This document shows positions 11,056-21,600 of a stretch of DNA of 47,857 bases, piece by piece. The translations under genes and the position numbers were made by a program. Under the pieces are notes generated by a model that was not told the DNA's origin, searched no databases, and saw only the letters and a list, made by a program, of their open reading frames with translations. The stretch comes from Chiloscyllium plagiosum (Eukaryota): positions 15,306,371 to 15,354,227 of the forward strand of contig NC_057752.1 of the NCBI RefSeq assembly GCF_004010195.1. The letters are read 5' to 3'. How positions within the stretch are numbered: position 1 is the first letter of the stretch; the number at the start of each line of letters is the position of its first letter.

Positions 11056-11647
11056 CCAGAAACTGAAGTGGGCTAGTCATATAGATACAGTGGCTACAAG
11101 AGCAGCTCAGAGGTTAGGAATTATGTGCCAAGTAACCCACCTTGAAAGTGTTACGGAATATTCTCCACTTGTCTAGTTCCAACAACACCCCAGGAGTTTA
11201 ACACCATCCAGGACAAATCAGCCTGCTTGGTTCGTACAATATCAGAAATATTCACTCCTTCTACCACCAATGCTCAGTAGCAACAGTGTGTACCATGTAC
11301 AAGATGAAATTCCAACAATTCACCAAAGTTCTTTAGACAGCAGCTTCCAAACTCATGACCGCTCCTATCTAGAAGGCCAATGCAGCAGATACATGGAAGC
11401 ACCAGCCCCTGCACCTTCCGCTTTAAGCAACTCAACATCTTGACTTTGAAATATGACGCTGTCCCTGCAGTGCTGCTGGGTCAAAACCCAGGAACTCCTG
11501 CCTACCCCACATAAACAGCAGTGGTTCAAGAAGGTACATCTCTCACACTTCCTTCACAGCAATTAGGGATGGGCCAGCCCATGATGGCCACATCCTGTGA
11601 ATTTTTTTTTATAAATCAAAAGGCAAGCACACAAGACTCAGAAAGGT

Positions 11648-11970
11648 GATTTTCCCTGTGGGTTGGGGAATCTAGGACACAGTGACACAGTCTCAGGATA
11701 AAGGGCTGACTGTTTGGGACTGAGATGAGGAGAAACTACTCCACTCAAAGGGTTGTCAATCTTTGGAATTCTCTACCCTCGAGGGTTGTGGATGCTTCAT
11801 CATTGAATATACTTCAGGCTGGGATTTTATAGATTTTTGACGTCTCAGGGAATCACTGGATACAGGGAGCGGGCAGGAAAATGATGTTGAAGCTGAAGAT
11901 CAGCCATGATGGTATTGGACCAGACTCAAGGGACTGAATGGTCTCTGTCTGCCTCGATCTCGTGTTCTTG
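11648..11970 (+). mobile_element. Old CR1 LINE 3' end
   Basis: GGGGAATCTAGGACA..GGACTGAGATGAGGAGAAACTAC..CTTTGGAATTCTCTACC..GATCAGCCATGAT..GACTCAAGGGACTGAATGG. Confidence 0.78.
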
Positions 11971-12054
11971 AGGGATGTGAGACAAAGGTCAAACTTTAAT
12001 TGAACGACAGAGAGACTCAAGGGGCTTAAGTGGTCTCTTTCAGTTTGCATGCTC

Positions 12055-12186
12055 CGGTGTCATTTTCCAGACATCAGCTCCGATGATGCAGCACTCCGAC
12101 AGCTCTGCACTGGAGGGTAAACCTAAAACAGGGGCCAATGCTTCCTGTGGACTCCGAGCTGAGAGCACCACCACTGAGCCAAGCTG
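12055..12186 (-). mobile_element. Deu-domain SINE 5' half, degenerate
   Basis: Minus strand CAGCTTGGCTCAGTGGTGGTGCTCTC (tRNA-like A box) ... CTCCAGTGCAGAGCTGTCGGAGTGCTGCATCATCGGAG. Confidence 0.6.
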
Positions 12187-12233
12187 TAACAGAACTCGAA
12201 ACGTGAGGGAGACACGGAATAAAGAAGCACTTC

Positions 12234-12528
12234 TTAGAGTGGTCGGAAGGTGGGAGGGATGGGGGCTTGCTGGGTCTGTACTGTCTGCACTTTTGTATGT
12301 AACAGTATTGTCTAATGTACAAATGTCATTGTTGATGTCTCTTTATATTTTTATGTGAAACTGGGATTTGAGGTTTGTCCTCATGTCCCTGTAAACTGGT
12401 TGAACGGTAGGGTTTGGGGCCTGGCTTTGCTGCTCCTCTCCGTTGTAAAATTGCTGTCTCTTGTATACAGCTGTAAATGTAACTGTTTGTTGTAAACTGT
12501 TTTTGTAATTTGTTTAATAAAATAAAAA
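12234..12528 (+). mobile_element. PolyA-tailed retroposed insertion (L1/Tx1-type 3'UTR or mRNA 3' end) with 13-bp TSD
   Basis: AAAGAAGCACTTC at 12221-12233 and 12529-12541. T/GT-rich body; AATAAA at 12516 runs directly into an A tail. Confidence 0.78.
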
Positions 12529-13897
12529 AAAGAAGCACTTCACAGATCACTGGCGACAGGGCTTTCACATCGTGCAATGGCATTCTGAATAGCCTGGACT
12601 TTGCCTACATCTCCAACTGCAATCTGTGTGATATGGATAATTGGCACAATAAAGGTTTTTGTTAAATTATTGGAGACTGAAATTTTCCAGACTCAATTCT
12701 TCTCTCTGTAGCAGTTACGATAAAATAATCTTACCTGCTGAATTAGTAGTGCCTCAGTTGCCAATAAGTTCAATGGTCAGCAAATGTAATGTGCATTACA
12801 TGGAGTCCACAGTAACCTCGGCATAGCTTGTATCCCATCACAATAAATCATGTAACGCAACAATGTGGGGAAGGCTTGGCAATGTTGGAGAGACTACGGG
12901 ACAGGAAGTGCATGTGTCTGTGCACAGAGTTCAGCCCAGTCTCCTGCAGGGCAAAACACTTTCCAGACAAATATTGCAGCTGGTTTTAGCTCCAGATCAG
13001 GCTTTTGGAGTATTATTAACTCAAACGTGCACAGACAATGCAGTTCAGGTCATTTCACAACCGCGGCAGGAAGTGAAAAACCATGCCATATTGTTCCCAT
13101 TGTAAAGCAGGAACCTCTTGAGGAAGCCGTTTTGTATTGGATCACAGCCTTAGCTCATCATGCAAATTTTTGAAGTTTGAAAATGTGGCAAAATGAAGAC
13201 ACTCAGTCTTGTGCCTGTTAAGGTGCCCATTGCATTTCTGAAATATCTGGCTCCATTTGCTCCCCAGAGAGGAAGGTCAGTCAGACAGGGAGGCATGCTG
13301 ACTGACAGAGGCCAAAACAAATTCCTGATCCCTGCAGCTCAATCTCCTCCCAGAGCCGACAGCCAGTAAAGCAAAACTGATTCAGTGGCACCTGAGACAC
13401 TCTTGTGGAAGCATCACGTCAAACCCACTTCAATATTGAAACTTCTCCTTCTCAGATCAGCCTCTGGCCACAGGGATTGACGTGGAGCCTTCTTCATGAT
13501 GGCTTGTGCCAATCACAGAATAGATGCCCATTCTCAAGCAACCAGTGGTGACTCACTAATGAAAGTCATTTCCTGGCATCTTGAATGAGTAAATCTTTGC
13601 TTAAGGTGGGGAAAGGTGATTACACAGGCACTGAGATAGTGATCCGCAATTGCTTTGAAAAGAAATCCTTTCTATGTTTGCCAGTTCATTTTAGGAGGTG
13701 AGTTTTGCAACGTGTCTGCTGATCCTGTAAGATTTAGAGCAGTGTTATGAATGCATCTGAGTGCTGTAATGGGCCAGCCTAGCAAGGTTTCCCTGGGTTG
13801 TCCCCAATGACTTCCACATAACCAGCCACAAAAGCTTACTTGACCTGCACAGGGTATGTGTAAAAAGGTGCAGGCAAGAAGGATCATAAAATGACGT

Positions 13898-14960
13898 GTC
13901 AGAAATGTTTACAGCATGGATGCCATTTAGCCAGTCGCGTCTGTGTTAGCTCTTCAAAAGAACAATTCATCTTGTGCTTTTCCCCCTTGCCTTCTCCCCA
14001 CAATCCAGTACACATTTCCTTTTCAGGAAACAATCCAATTTCCTCTTAAAGGCCTTGCCTCTGCTCCTCTGCACTCTCAAGCAGCACTTACTAGATCCTA
14101 ACCACTTGCTGTGTAAAGAAAAATGTTTTCCTCCTGCTGCTCTTGTCAATCACCTTAAATTAGTCTCCTCTGGTTAGTAATCCTTCCACTAATGGGAACA
14201 GTTTCTCTGGATCCTGTCCAGACCTTTGGTGATTTTGAGCACCTCGATCAACTCTCCTCTCAGCCTTCTGTTTTCCATGCAGAACAGTCTTGGTTTCTCC
14301 AATACAGCTTCAGAAATGGAATCGGAAGTGGGTTCTGCAGATGCTGGAGATTAGAGTTAAGATTAGAGTGGTGCTGGAAAAGCACAGCAGGTCAGGCAGC
14401 ATCTGAGGAGCAGGAAAATCGATGTTTCGGGCCGGAGCCCTTCATCAGGAATGAGGCTTGTGGGCTGAGGGGATGGAGTGATAAAATGGTGTTGCTCATC
14501 CTTTGAACCATTCTTGCAAACCTTTTTTGCATTCTCTCGGAACCTTTCACATCTTTCCTGAAGTGTGGTGCCCAAAACTGGTCACAATGAGGCTGAATGG
14601 TAGTTTGTGTGGATTGATCATAACTGCTCTGATAGTGCACTTTGTGCCCCTGCTGTTGAAGTCCAGGATGCTATATTCTTTATTAATCACTTCCTCAGCC
14701 TGTCCTGCCACCTTCAATGCTTTGTGTATATATACTCCGTATTCCCAGGTCCCTCTGCTCCCGTGCCCCTTTTGGAATTGTGCTCTTTATATTGTTCCTC
14801 CAAACTGAATCACTTCATATTTTTCTGTATTACATTTCCTTGACAACATACCAGCCCATTCCACCAGCCTGCCTGTGTTCTCTTGAGGTTCATCAGTACC
14901 TTCCCTATAATCCACAATCCTTCCAAGATTTGTGTGATCCTCCAATTTTGATCCTGTACA
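13898..14960 (-). mobile_element. Old CR1 LINE 3' portion, interrupted by a Penelope fragment
   Basis: Minus strand QPHCDQFWAPHFRKDVKGSERMQKRFARMV and AFKRKLDCFLKRK, with a CR1-type 3'UTR toward 13900. Confidence 0.78.
14324..14486 (-). mobile_element. Penelope terminal-repeat fragment carrying a hammerhead motif (14421-14448)
   Basis: Homologous to 8101-8250. Minus strand CTGATGA-A-GGGC-TCCG-GCCC-GAAA-C-ATC. Confidence 0.85.
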
Positions 14961-15036
14961 CTCAAGTTGGTGTCACTAATAGAGTCATAGGGGCCTAAAG
15001 CACAGACGCAGGCTCATTGGCCTAAACTGGCCCTTC

Positions 15037-15072
15037 ATTCCTGAAGAAGGGCTCATGCCCGAAACGTCGATT
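15037..15072 (+). ncRNA. Minimal type I hammerhead ribozyme motif, intact core, in a Penelope terminal repeat (15034-15125)
   Basis: ATTC-CTGAAGA-A-GGGC-TCAT-GCCC-GAAA-C-GTC-GATT: catalytic core, 4-bp stem II, loopless palindromic helix III (ACGT), GUC cleavage triplet and a short helix I. Confidence 0.8.
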
Positions 15073-15125
15073 CTCCTGTTCCTTGGATGCTGCCTGACCT
15101 GCTGCGCTTTTCCAGCAACACATTT

Positions 15126-15625
15126 NNNNNNNNNNNNNNNNNNNNNNNNNNNNNNNNNNNNNNNNNNNNNNNNNNNNNNNNNNNNNNNNNNNNNNNNNNN
15201 NNNNNNNNNNNNNNNNNNNNNNNNNNNNNNNNNNNNNNNNNNNNNNNNNNNNNNNNNNNNNNNNNNNNNNNNNNNNNNNNNNNNNNNNNNNNNNNNNNNN
15301 NNNNNNNNNNNNNNNNNNNNNNNNNNNNNNNNNNNNNNNNNNNNNNNNNNNNNNNNNNNNNNNNNNNNNNNNNNNNNNNNNNNNNNNNNNNNNNNNNNNN
15401 NNNNNNNNNNNNNNNNNNNNNNNNNNNNNNNNNNNNNNNNNNNNNNNNNNNNNNNNNNNNNNNNNNNNNNNNNNNNNNNNNNNNNNNNNNNNNNNNNNNN
15501 NNNNNNNNNNNNNNNNNNNNNNNNNNNNNNNNNNNNNNNNNNNNNNNNNNNNNNNNNNNNNNNNNNNNNNNNNNNNNNNNNNNNNNNNNNNNNNNNNNNN
15601 NNNNNNNNNNNNNNNNNNNNNNNNN
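15126..15625. other. Assembly gap (500 N)
   Basis: Run of N. The round size suggests a scaffolding join of unknown true length. Confidence 0.99.
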
Positions 15626-18600
15626 TGAGTGCAATTTGATTCATTAAATTTATGAGTTAAGTTTGGTTCGTTGAACGTATGATTGAAATTTGATTCAATG
15701 AATGAATGAATGCCGTTCGAGTCTTTGAATGAATGAGTTGAGCTTGAAACATTGAATGATTGAGAGAAGCTCTACACGGCGAATTAACGCGTGAGGCTTG
15801 TTTCATTGAATGAATGAATGAGGGCAGTTTGTTTCATTGAATGAACGATTGAAGTTAGATTCAACGAATCAATGAATGCAGTTTCTTTCATTTAATGAAG
15901 ATGTTAAACTTGAGACATTCAATATATGAGATAAGCTGGACTCGTTGAATTAGCACATGCATTTTGTTTCATTGAACGTTTGAGTGCAGTTTGATTAATT
16001 GATTGAATGAATGCAGTTTGCTTCATTGATTGAATGCGTCAAGCTCGAGACATTGAACGAATGAGATTAGCTCTACTGAGTGAATTAACATGTGAGGTTT
16101 GTTTCATTAAATGAATGAGTGTATGTTTCAGTAAATGAATGAGTGCAGTTTGACTCATTAAATGTATTAGTTAAGTTTGTTTTACTGAATGAATGATTGA
16201 AGTGTGATTTAATGAATGAATGAATGCAGTTTGACTCTTTGAATGAATGAGAGAAGCCCTACACGTTGAGTTTACGCGTGTAGTTTGTTTCATTCAATGT
16301 ATGAGGGCAGTTTGATTCATTGAATGGATTAAAACAGTTTGATTCATTGAATGCATGAATGCATTTGGATTAATTCAATGAATGAGTTAAGTTTGTTTCA
16401 TTGATCTATGAATAATGTTTGTTGTTAAGGTTGTTTCATTAAATGAATGAGTGCAGTTTGATTCTTTGATTGAATGAAGGCAGTTTGATTCATTGATTGA
16501 ATGAAGGCAGTTTGATTCATTGAATGAATGAATGCAGTTGGATTCATGAAATGAATGAGTTATCTTTGTTTCATTTAAGCAATGAATAACGTTTAATTCA
16601 TTGAATGATTGATTGAAGTTAGATTCAATGCATAGATGAGATAAGCCCAAACCATTGAATTAACACCGGCATTCTGTTTCATCCAATGAATGACTGCACT
16701 TTGTTTCAGAAACTGGAGTGCTGTTTGTATAATTACTTGCATGAGTTAAGTTTTTTGCATTGAATGATTAAGTGTAGTTTGATTCAATGAATGAATGCAG
16801 TTTGATGCTTCGAATGAATGAATGAAGTTTGATTCATTGAATGAATGATTGCAATTTGATTCTTTGAAAGAATGTGTTAAGCTCGAGACATTGAATGAAA
16901 GAGAGAATCTCTATTCATTGAATTAGCACATGCAGTTTGTTTCATTGAATGAATGAGTGCAGTTTGATTCATTGAATGAGTGAATACGGGTGGATTCATT
17001 AAATGAATGAGTTAAGTTTGTTTCATTGAATAAATGAAAAACGTTTGAATCATTGAATGAACGATTGAACTTTGATTCAATAAATGAACAATTGAAGTTG
17101 GATTCATTAATCTATGAGTTAAGTTTGTTACATTGAATCAAAAATAACTTTTAATTCAAATAATGAATGACTGAAGTTAGATTCAATGAATGAATGAATA
17201 AATGCAGTGTAATTTTTTAAATGAATGAGTTAAGCTCGCGACATTGAATGAATGAGAGAACGTCTACTCAGTGGATTAACACGTGCAGCTTGTTTCAGTG
17301 AATGAATGATTGCAGTTCGAATAATTGAATGATTGAATGCAGTTTGATTCATTGAATGTACGAATGAACGCAGTTTGATTCATTGAATGAATGAATACAG
17401 TGGGATTCATGAAATTAATGCATTAAGTTTGTTTCATTGAATCAATGAATAACGTTTGATTCATTGAATGTACGATCCAGGTTTGTTTCATTAAATGAAT
17501 GAATACAGTTTGATTCATTGAATGAATAAATGAAGCTTTATTCATCGAAAAAACTAAAGCAGTTTAATTCTTTGAATGAATGAGTTAAGCTCGAGACATT
17601 GAATGAGTGAGAGAAGCAGTTTGTTTCATTGAATGAATGAGTGCGGTTTGTATAAATGCATTCAGTTTGATTCATTGAATGAATGTATTCAGTCGGATTC
17701 TTCGAATGAATGAAAGTAGTTTGATTCGTTGTATGAATGAGTTCAGCTCGCGACATTGAATAAATGAGCAAAGCTCTGCTCATTTAATTAACTGCAATTG
17801 ATTGAATGCAGTTTAATTCTTTGAACGAATGCGTTGAGCTCGAGACATTGCATGAATGAGAGAAGCTCTACTCGTTGAATTAATACGTGCAGTTTATTTC
17901 ATAGAATGATTGAGTGCAGTTTGATTCATTGAATGAATGAAAGCATGCAGTTTAATTCTTCGGATCAATGAATTCAGTTGGATTCATTAAACGAATGAGT
18001 TAAGTTTTTTCATTGAATCAATGACTAACATTTGATTCATTGAATGAATGATTGAAGATAGATTCAATGAAGTTTGTTTCATTGAATAAAGGTGTTAAGC
18101 TTGAGACATGGAATGAATAAGATAAGCTCTTCTCATTGAATTAATGTGCATTTTGTTTCATTGAATGAATGAGTGCCGTTAAGTTACTTTCATTGAGTGA
18201 ATGATTGAAGTTTGATACAATGAATGACTGATTTCAGTTTGAATCTTTTAATGAATGCTGTATGCATGGAATGAATGAGAGAAGCTCTACTCATTGAATT
18301 AACACGTGCAGTTTGTTATCATTGAATGAATGAGTGCATTTTGATTCATTGCATGGATGAATGCTGTTGGATTGATTAAATGAGTAAAGTTTGTTTTATT
18401 GAATGAATAAATAAGGTTTGATTCATTGAATGGACGATTGCTGTTTGATTGATTAAATAAATGAATGCAGCCTGATTCATTGTATGCATGTGTTAAGTTT
18501 GTTTCATTGAACGAATGATTGAACTTTGATTCAATAAATGAATGAATACAGTTTGAATCATTAAATGTATGAGTTCAGTTTGTTTCATTGAATCAATGAA

Positions 18601-21600
18601 TAACATTTGGTTCATTGAACGAAGGATTGAACTTTGATTCAATAAATGAATGAATGCAGGTTGATTAATTTAATGTATGTGTTAAGCTTGAAAAATTGAA
18701 TGAATGAGATAAGCACTTTCATTAAATTAACACATACAGATGTTTCATTGAATGAATGAGTGCAGTTTGATACATTGAATGAATGATGAATGCAGTTTGA
18801 TCCCTGGAATAAATGAATGCAGTAGGATTCATTAAGTGAATGAAATGTTTGTTTCATTGAATTAATGAATAAAATTTGGTTCGCTGATTGTACAACTGAA
18901 GTTTTGTTCAATGAATGAATGAATGAATGCAGTTTGTTTCATGGAATGAATGAAAGCATTGTGATTCACTGAATGAATGAATGAACGCAGGTGGTTTCAG
19001 TAAACAAATGAGTGCAGTTTGAGTGCAGTTATACTTGAGACATTGAATGAATGAGAGAAGCCCTACTCATTGAATTAACACATGCAGTTTGCTTCATTGA
19101 ATTAATGAATGCAGTTTGTTTCATTAAATGAATGAGTGAAGTTTGATTAATTAAATGTACGAGTCAAGTTGGTTTCATTGAATCAATATATAACGTTCGA
19201 TTATAACGTATGATTGAAGTTTGAATTATTAAATGAATGAATGCAGCTTTATTCATTAAATGTATATGTTAAGTGTGTCACATTGAATCAAGGAAGAATG
19301 ATTCATTGAATGAACGCTTGAAGATTGATTCAATGAATGAATGCAGTTGTATTCTTTATATAAATAACTGAAGCTTGAAACATTGAATGAATGAGATAAA
19401 CTGTACTCATGGAATTAACAAGTTCAGTTTGTTTCATTGAATGAATGAATGCAGTTTGATTCTTTGAAGGAATGAGTTAAGAACGAGACATTGACTGAAT
19501 GAGAGAAACTCCACTCATTGAATTAACCAATGCAATTTGTTTCGTTGTGTGAATCAGAGCAGTTTGATGCATTCAATGAATAAATGCCATTTCATTCAGT
19601 AAATGTATGAGTTATTTTGTTTCATTTAATCAATGAATAGCGTTTCAATCATTGAATGAGCGATTGAAGTAGGATTCATTAAATGAATGAATACAGTTTG
19701 TTTAATTAAACTTAAACTTGGTTTTGTTGGAGAAATGACAATCGTTTGATTCATTGAATGAATGATTTAAGTTTGATTCAACGAATAAATGAATGCAGTT
19801 TGATTCTTTAAATGACTGAGTTAAGCTCGACACGTTGAATGAATGAGAGAAGCTCCACTCGCTGAATGAACACGTGCAATTTGTATCATTGAATAAATGA
19901 CTGCAGTTTGATTCATTGAACGAATGAATGTAGTTGGATTCATTAAATGAATGAATCAATGCAGATTGCTTCATTGAATGGCTGAGTGAATTTGATTCAT
20001 TGAATGAATGAATGAATGCAGTTGGATTCAGTGAGTAAATGAATGCAGTTGGATTGATTAAATGAATGAGTTAAGATTATTTAATTGAATCGATGAGTAA
20101 CGTTTGACTCATTGAAACAACGATTATGGTTTGATTCACTGAATGAATGATTGCAGTTTGATTCATCGAATGAATGAATGCAGTTGGATTCATTAAAAGA
20201 ATGAGTTAGTTTTTTTTCCCTTGAATCAATGAATAACGTTTGATCTATTGAATGAACGATTGAAGTTTTATATAATGAATGAAAGAATGAAGTTTGATTC
20301 TTTGAATAAATGTGTGCAGTTTGATTCATTAAATGTATGCGTCAAGACAGTTTCATTAAACCAAGGAATAACATTTGATTCATTGAATGAATGATTGAAG
20401 TTTGATTCAATTAATCAACGAATGCTGTTTGTTTGATTGAATGAATGTGCTAAACTTGATACATTGAATGAATGAGAGAAGCTCCACTCATTGAATTAAC
20501 ACAATTTGTTTCAGTTTGATTCATTGAATGAATGAATGCAGGTTGGTTCATTAAACTTAAATTGGTTTCATTGAATAAATGAATTACATTTGATTTATTG
20601 AATTAACATTGAAGTTTGATTCAGTGAATTAATGAATGCAGTTGGATGCTTTGAATCCAAAAGTTCAGCTCGTGACATTGAAAGAATGACAGAAGCTCCA
20701 CTCAGCATGTTTCATTGAATGAATGAGTGCAGTTTGATTCATTGAATGAATGCAGTTTGATCCATTAAAGGAATGAGTGCAGTCTGATTCTTTAAATGCA
20801 TGAGTTAAGATAGTTGCATTAATACAAGGAATAACGTTTGATTCATTGAATGAATGATTGAAGTTTGATTCAATAAATGAACAAATGTTGTTTGTTTCAT
20901 TGAATGAATGCACGAGGCTCAAGACATTGAATGAATGAAAGAAGCTCTACTCATTGAATTAATATGTGCAGTTTGTTTCATCGAATGTGTGACTCCAGTT
21001 GGATTCATTAAATGAATGAGTTTAAGTGTGTTTCAGTGAATCGATGAATATCTTTCGATTAATTAAACGAACGATTGAGATTTGTTTGACTAGATGAATG
21101 AATGCAGTCTAATACTTGGAATGCAGGAGTGAAATAACACGTTGAGATTGTTTCATTGAATGAATGAGTGCGATTTGATTCATTGAATGAATGCGCATTC
21201 ATTCATTCAATGGATAAAACGTTATTCTTTGATTTAATGAAACAAACTTAACTCATATATTCACCGACTCAACCTGCATTTATTCATTTCATGAAACAAA
21301 CTTCAATCATTCATTCAATCAATCAAACGCTATTCATTGTTTTAATAAAGCAAACGTAACGTTCTTCGTTGATTCAATGAAATAAACTTAACACAAGCTG
21401 CACGTGTTAATTCAATGGGTAGAGCATATCACATTCATTCGATGTCTCGAGCTTAATGCATTCACTCATTGAAACAAACTACATTCAACTATTCAATAAA
21501 ACAAACTTAACGTATTTATTCAGTGAAACAAACTTAATTTATTCATTTAATGAATCAAACTGCATTCATTCATTCAATGAATCCTGCTGCATTCATTAAT

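Larger units (their letters stand above)
9010..11600 (+). mobile_element. Second LINE family (CR1/L2 group) 3' half, split by three younger insertions
   Basis: QDISAGLPQGSVLHPT (to ~9071) continues at ~10357 as FSNFTSDLPSI, at 10565 as IRFKVGMFTDDCTMFS, then GVTIDQKLKW, and ends in GCAATTAGGGATGGGC..CCACATCCTGTGAA. Confidence 0.82.

Noticed and set aside
15125..15626. Sharp euchromatin-to-satellite boundary
   Set aside because: The transition coincides with an assembly gap, so true adjacency and distance are unknown.
14985..15647. ORFs of 186-219 aa spanning the N run
   Set aside because: Artefacts of translating the 500-N gap.
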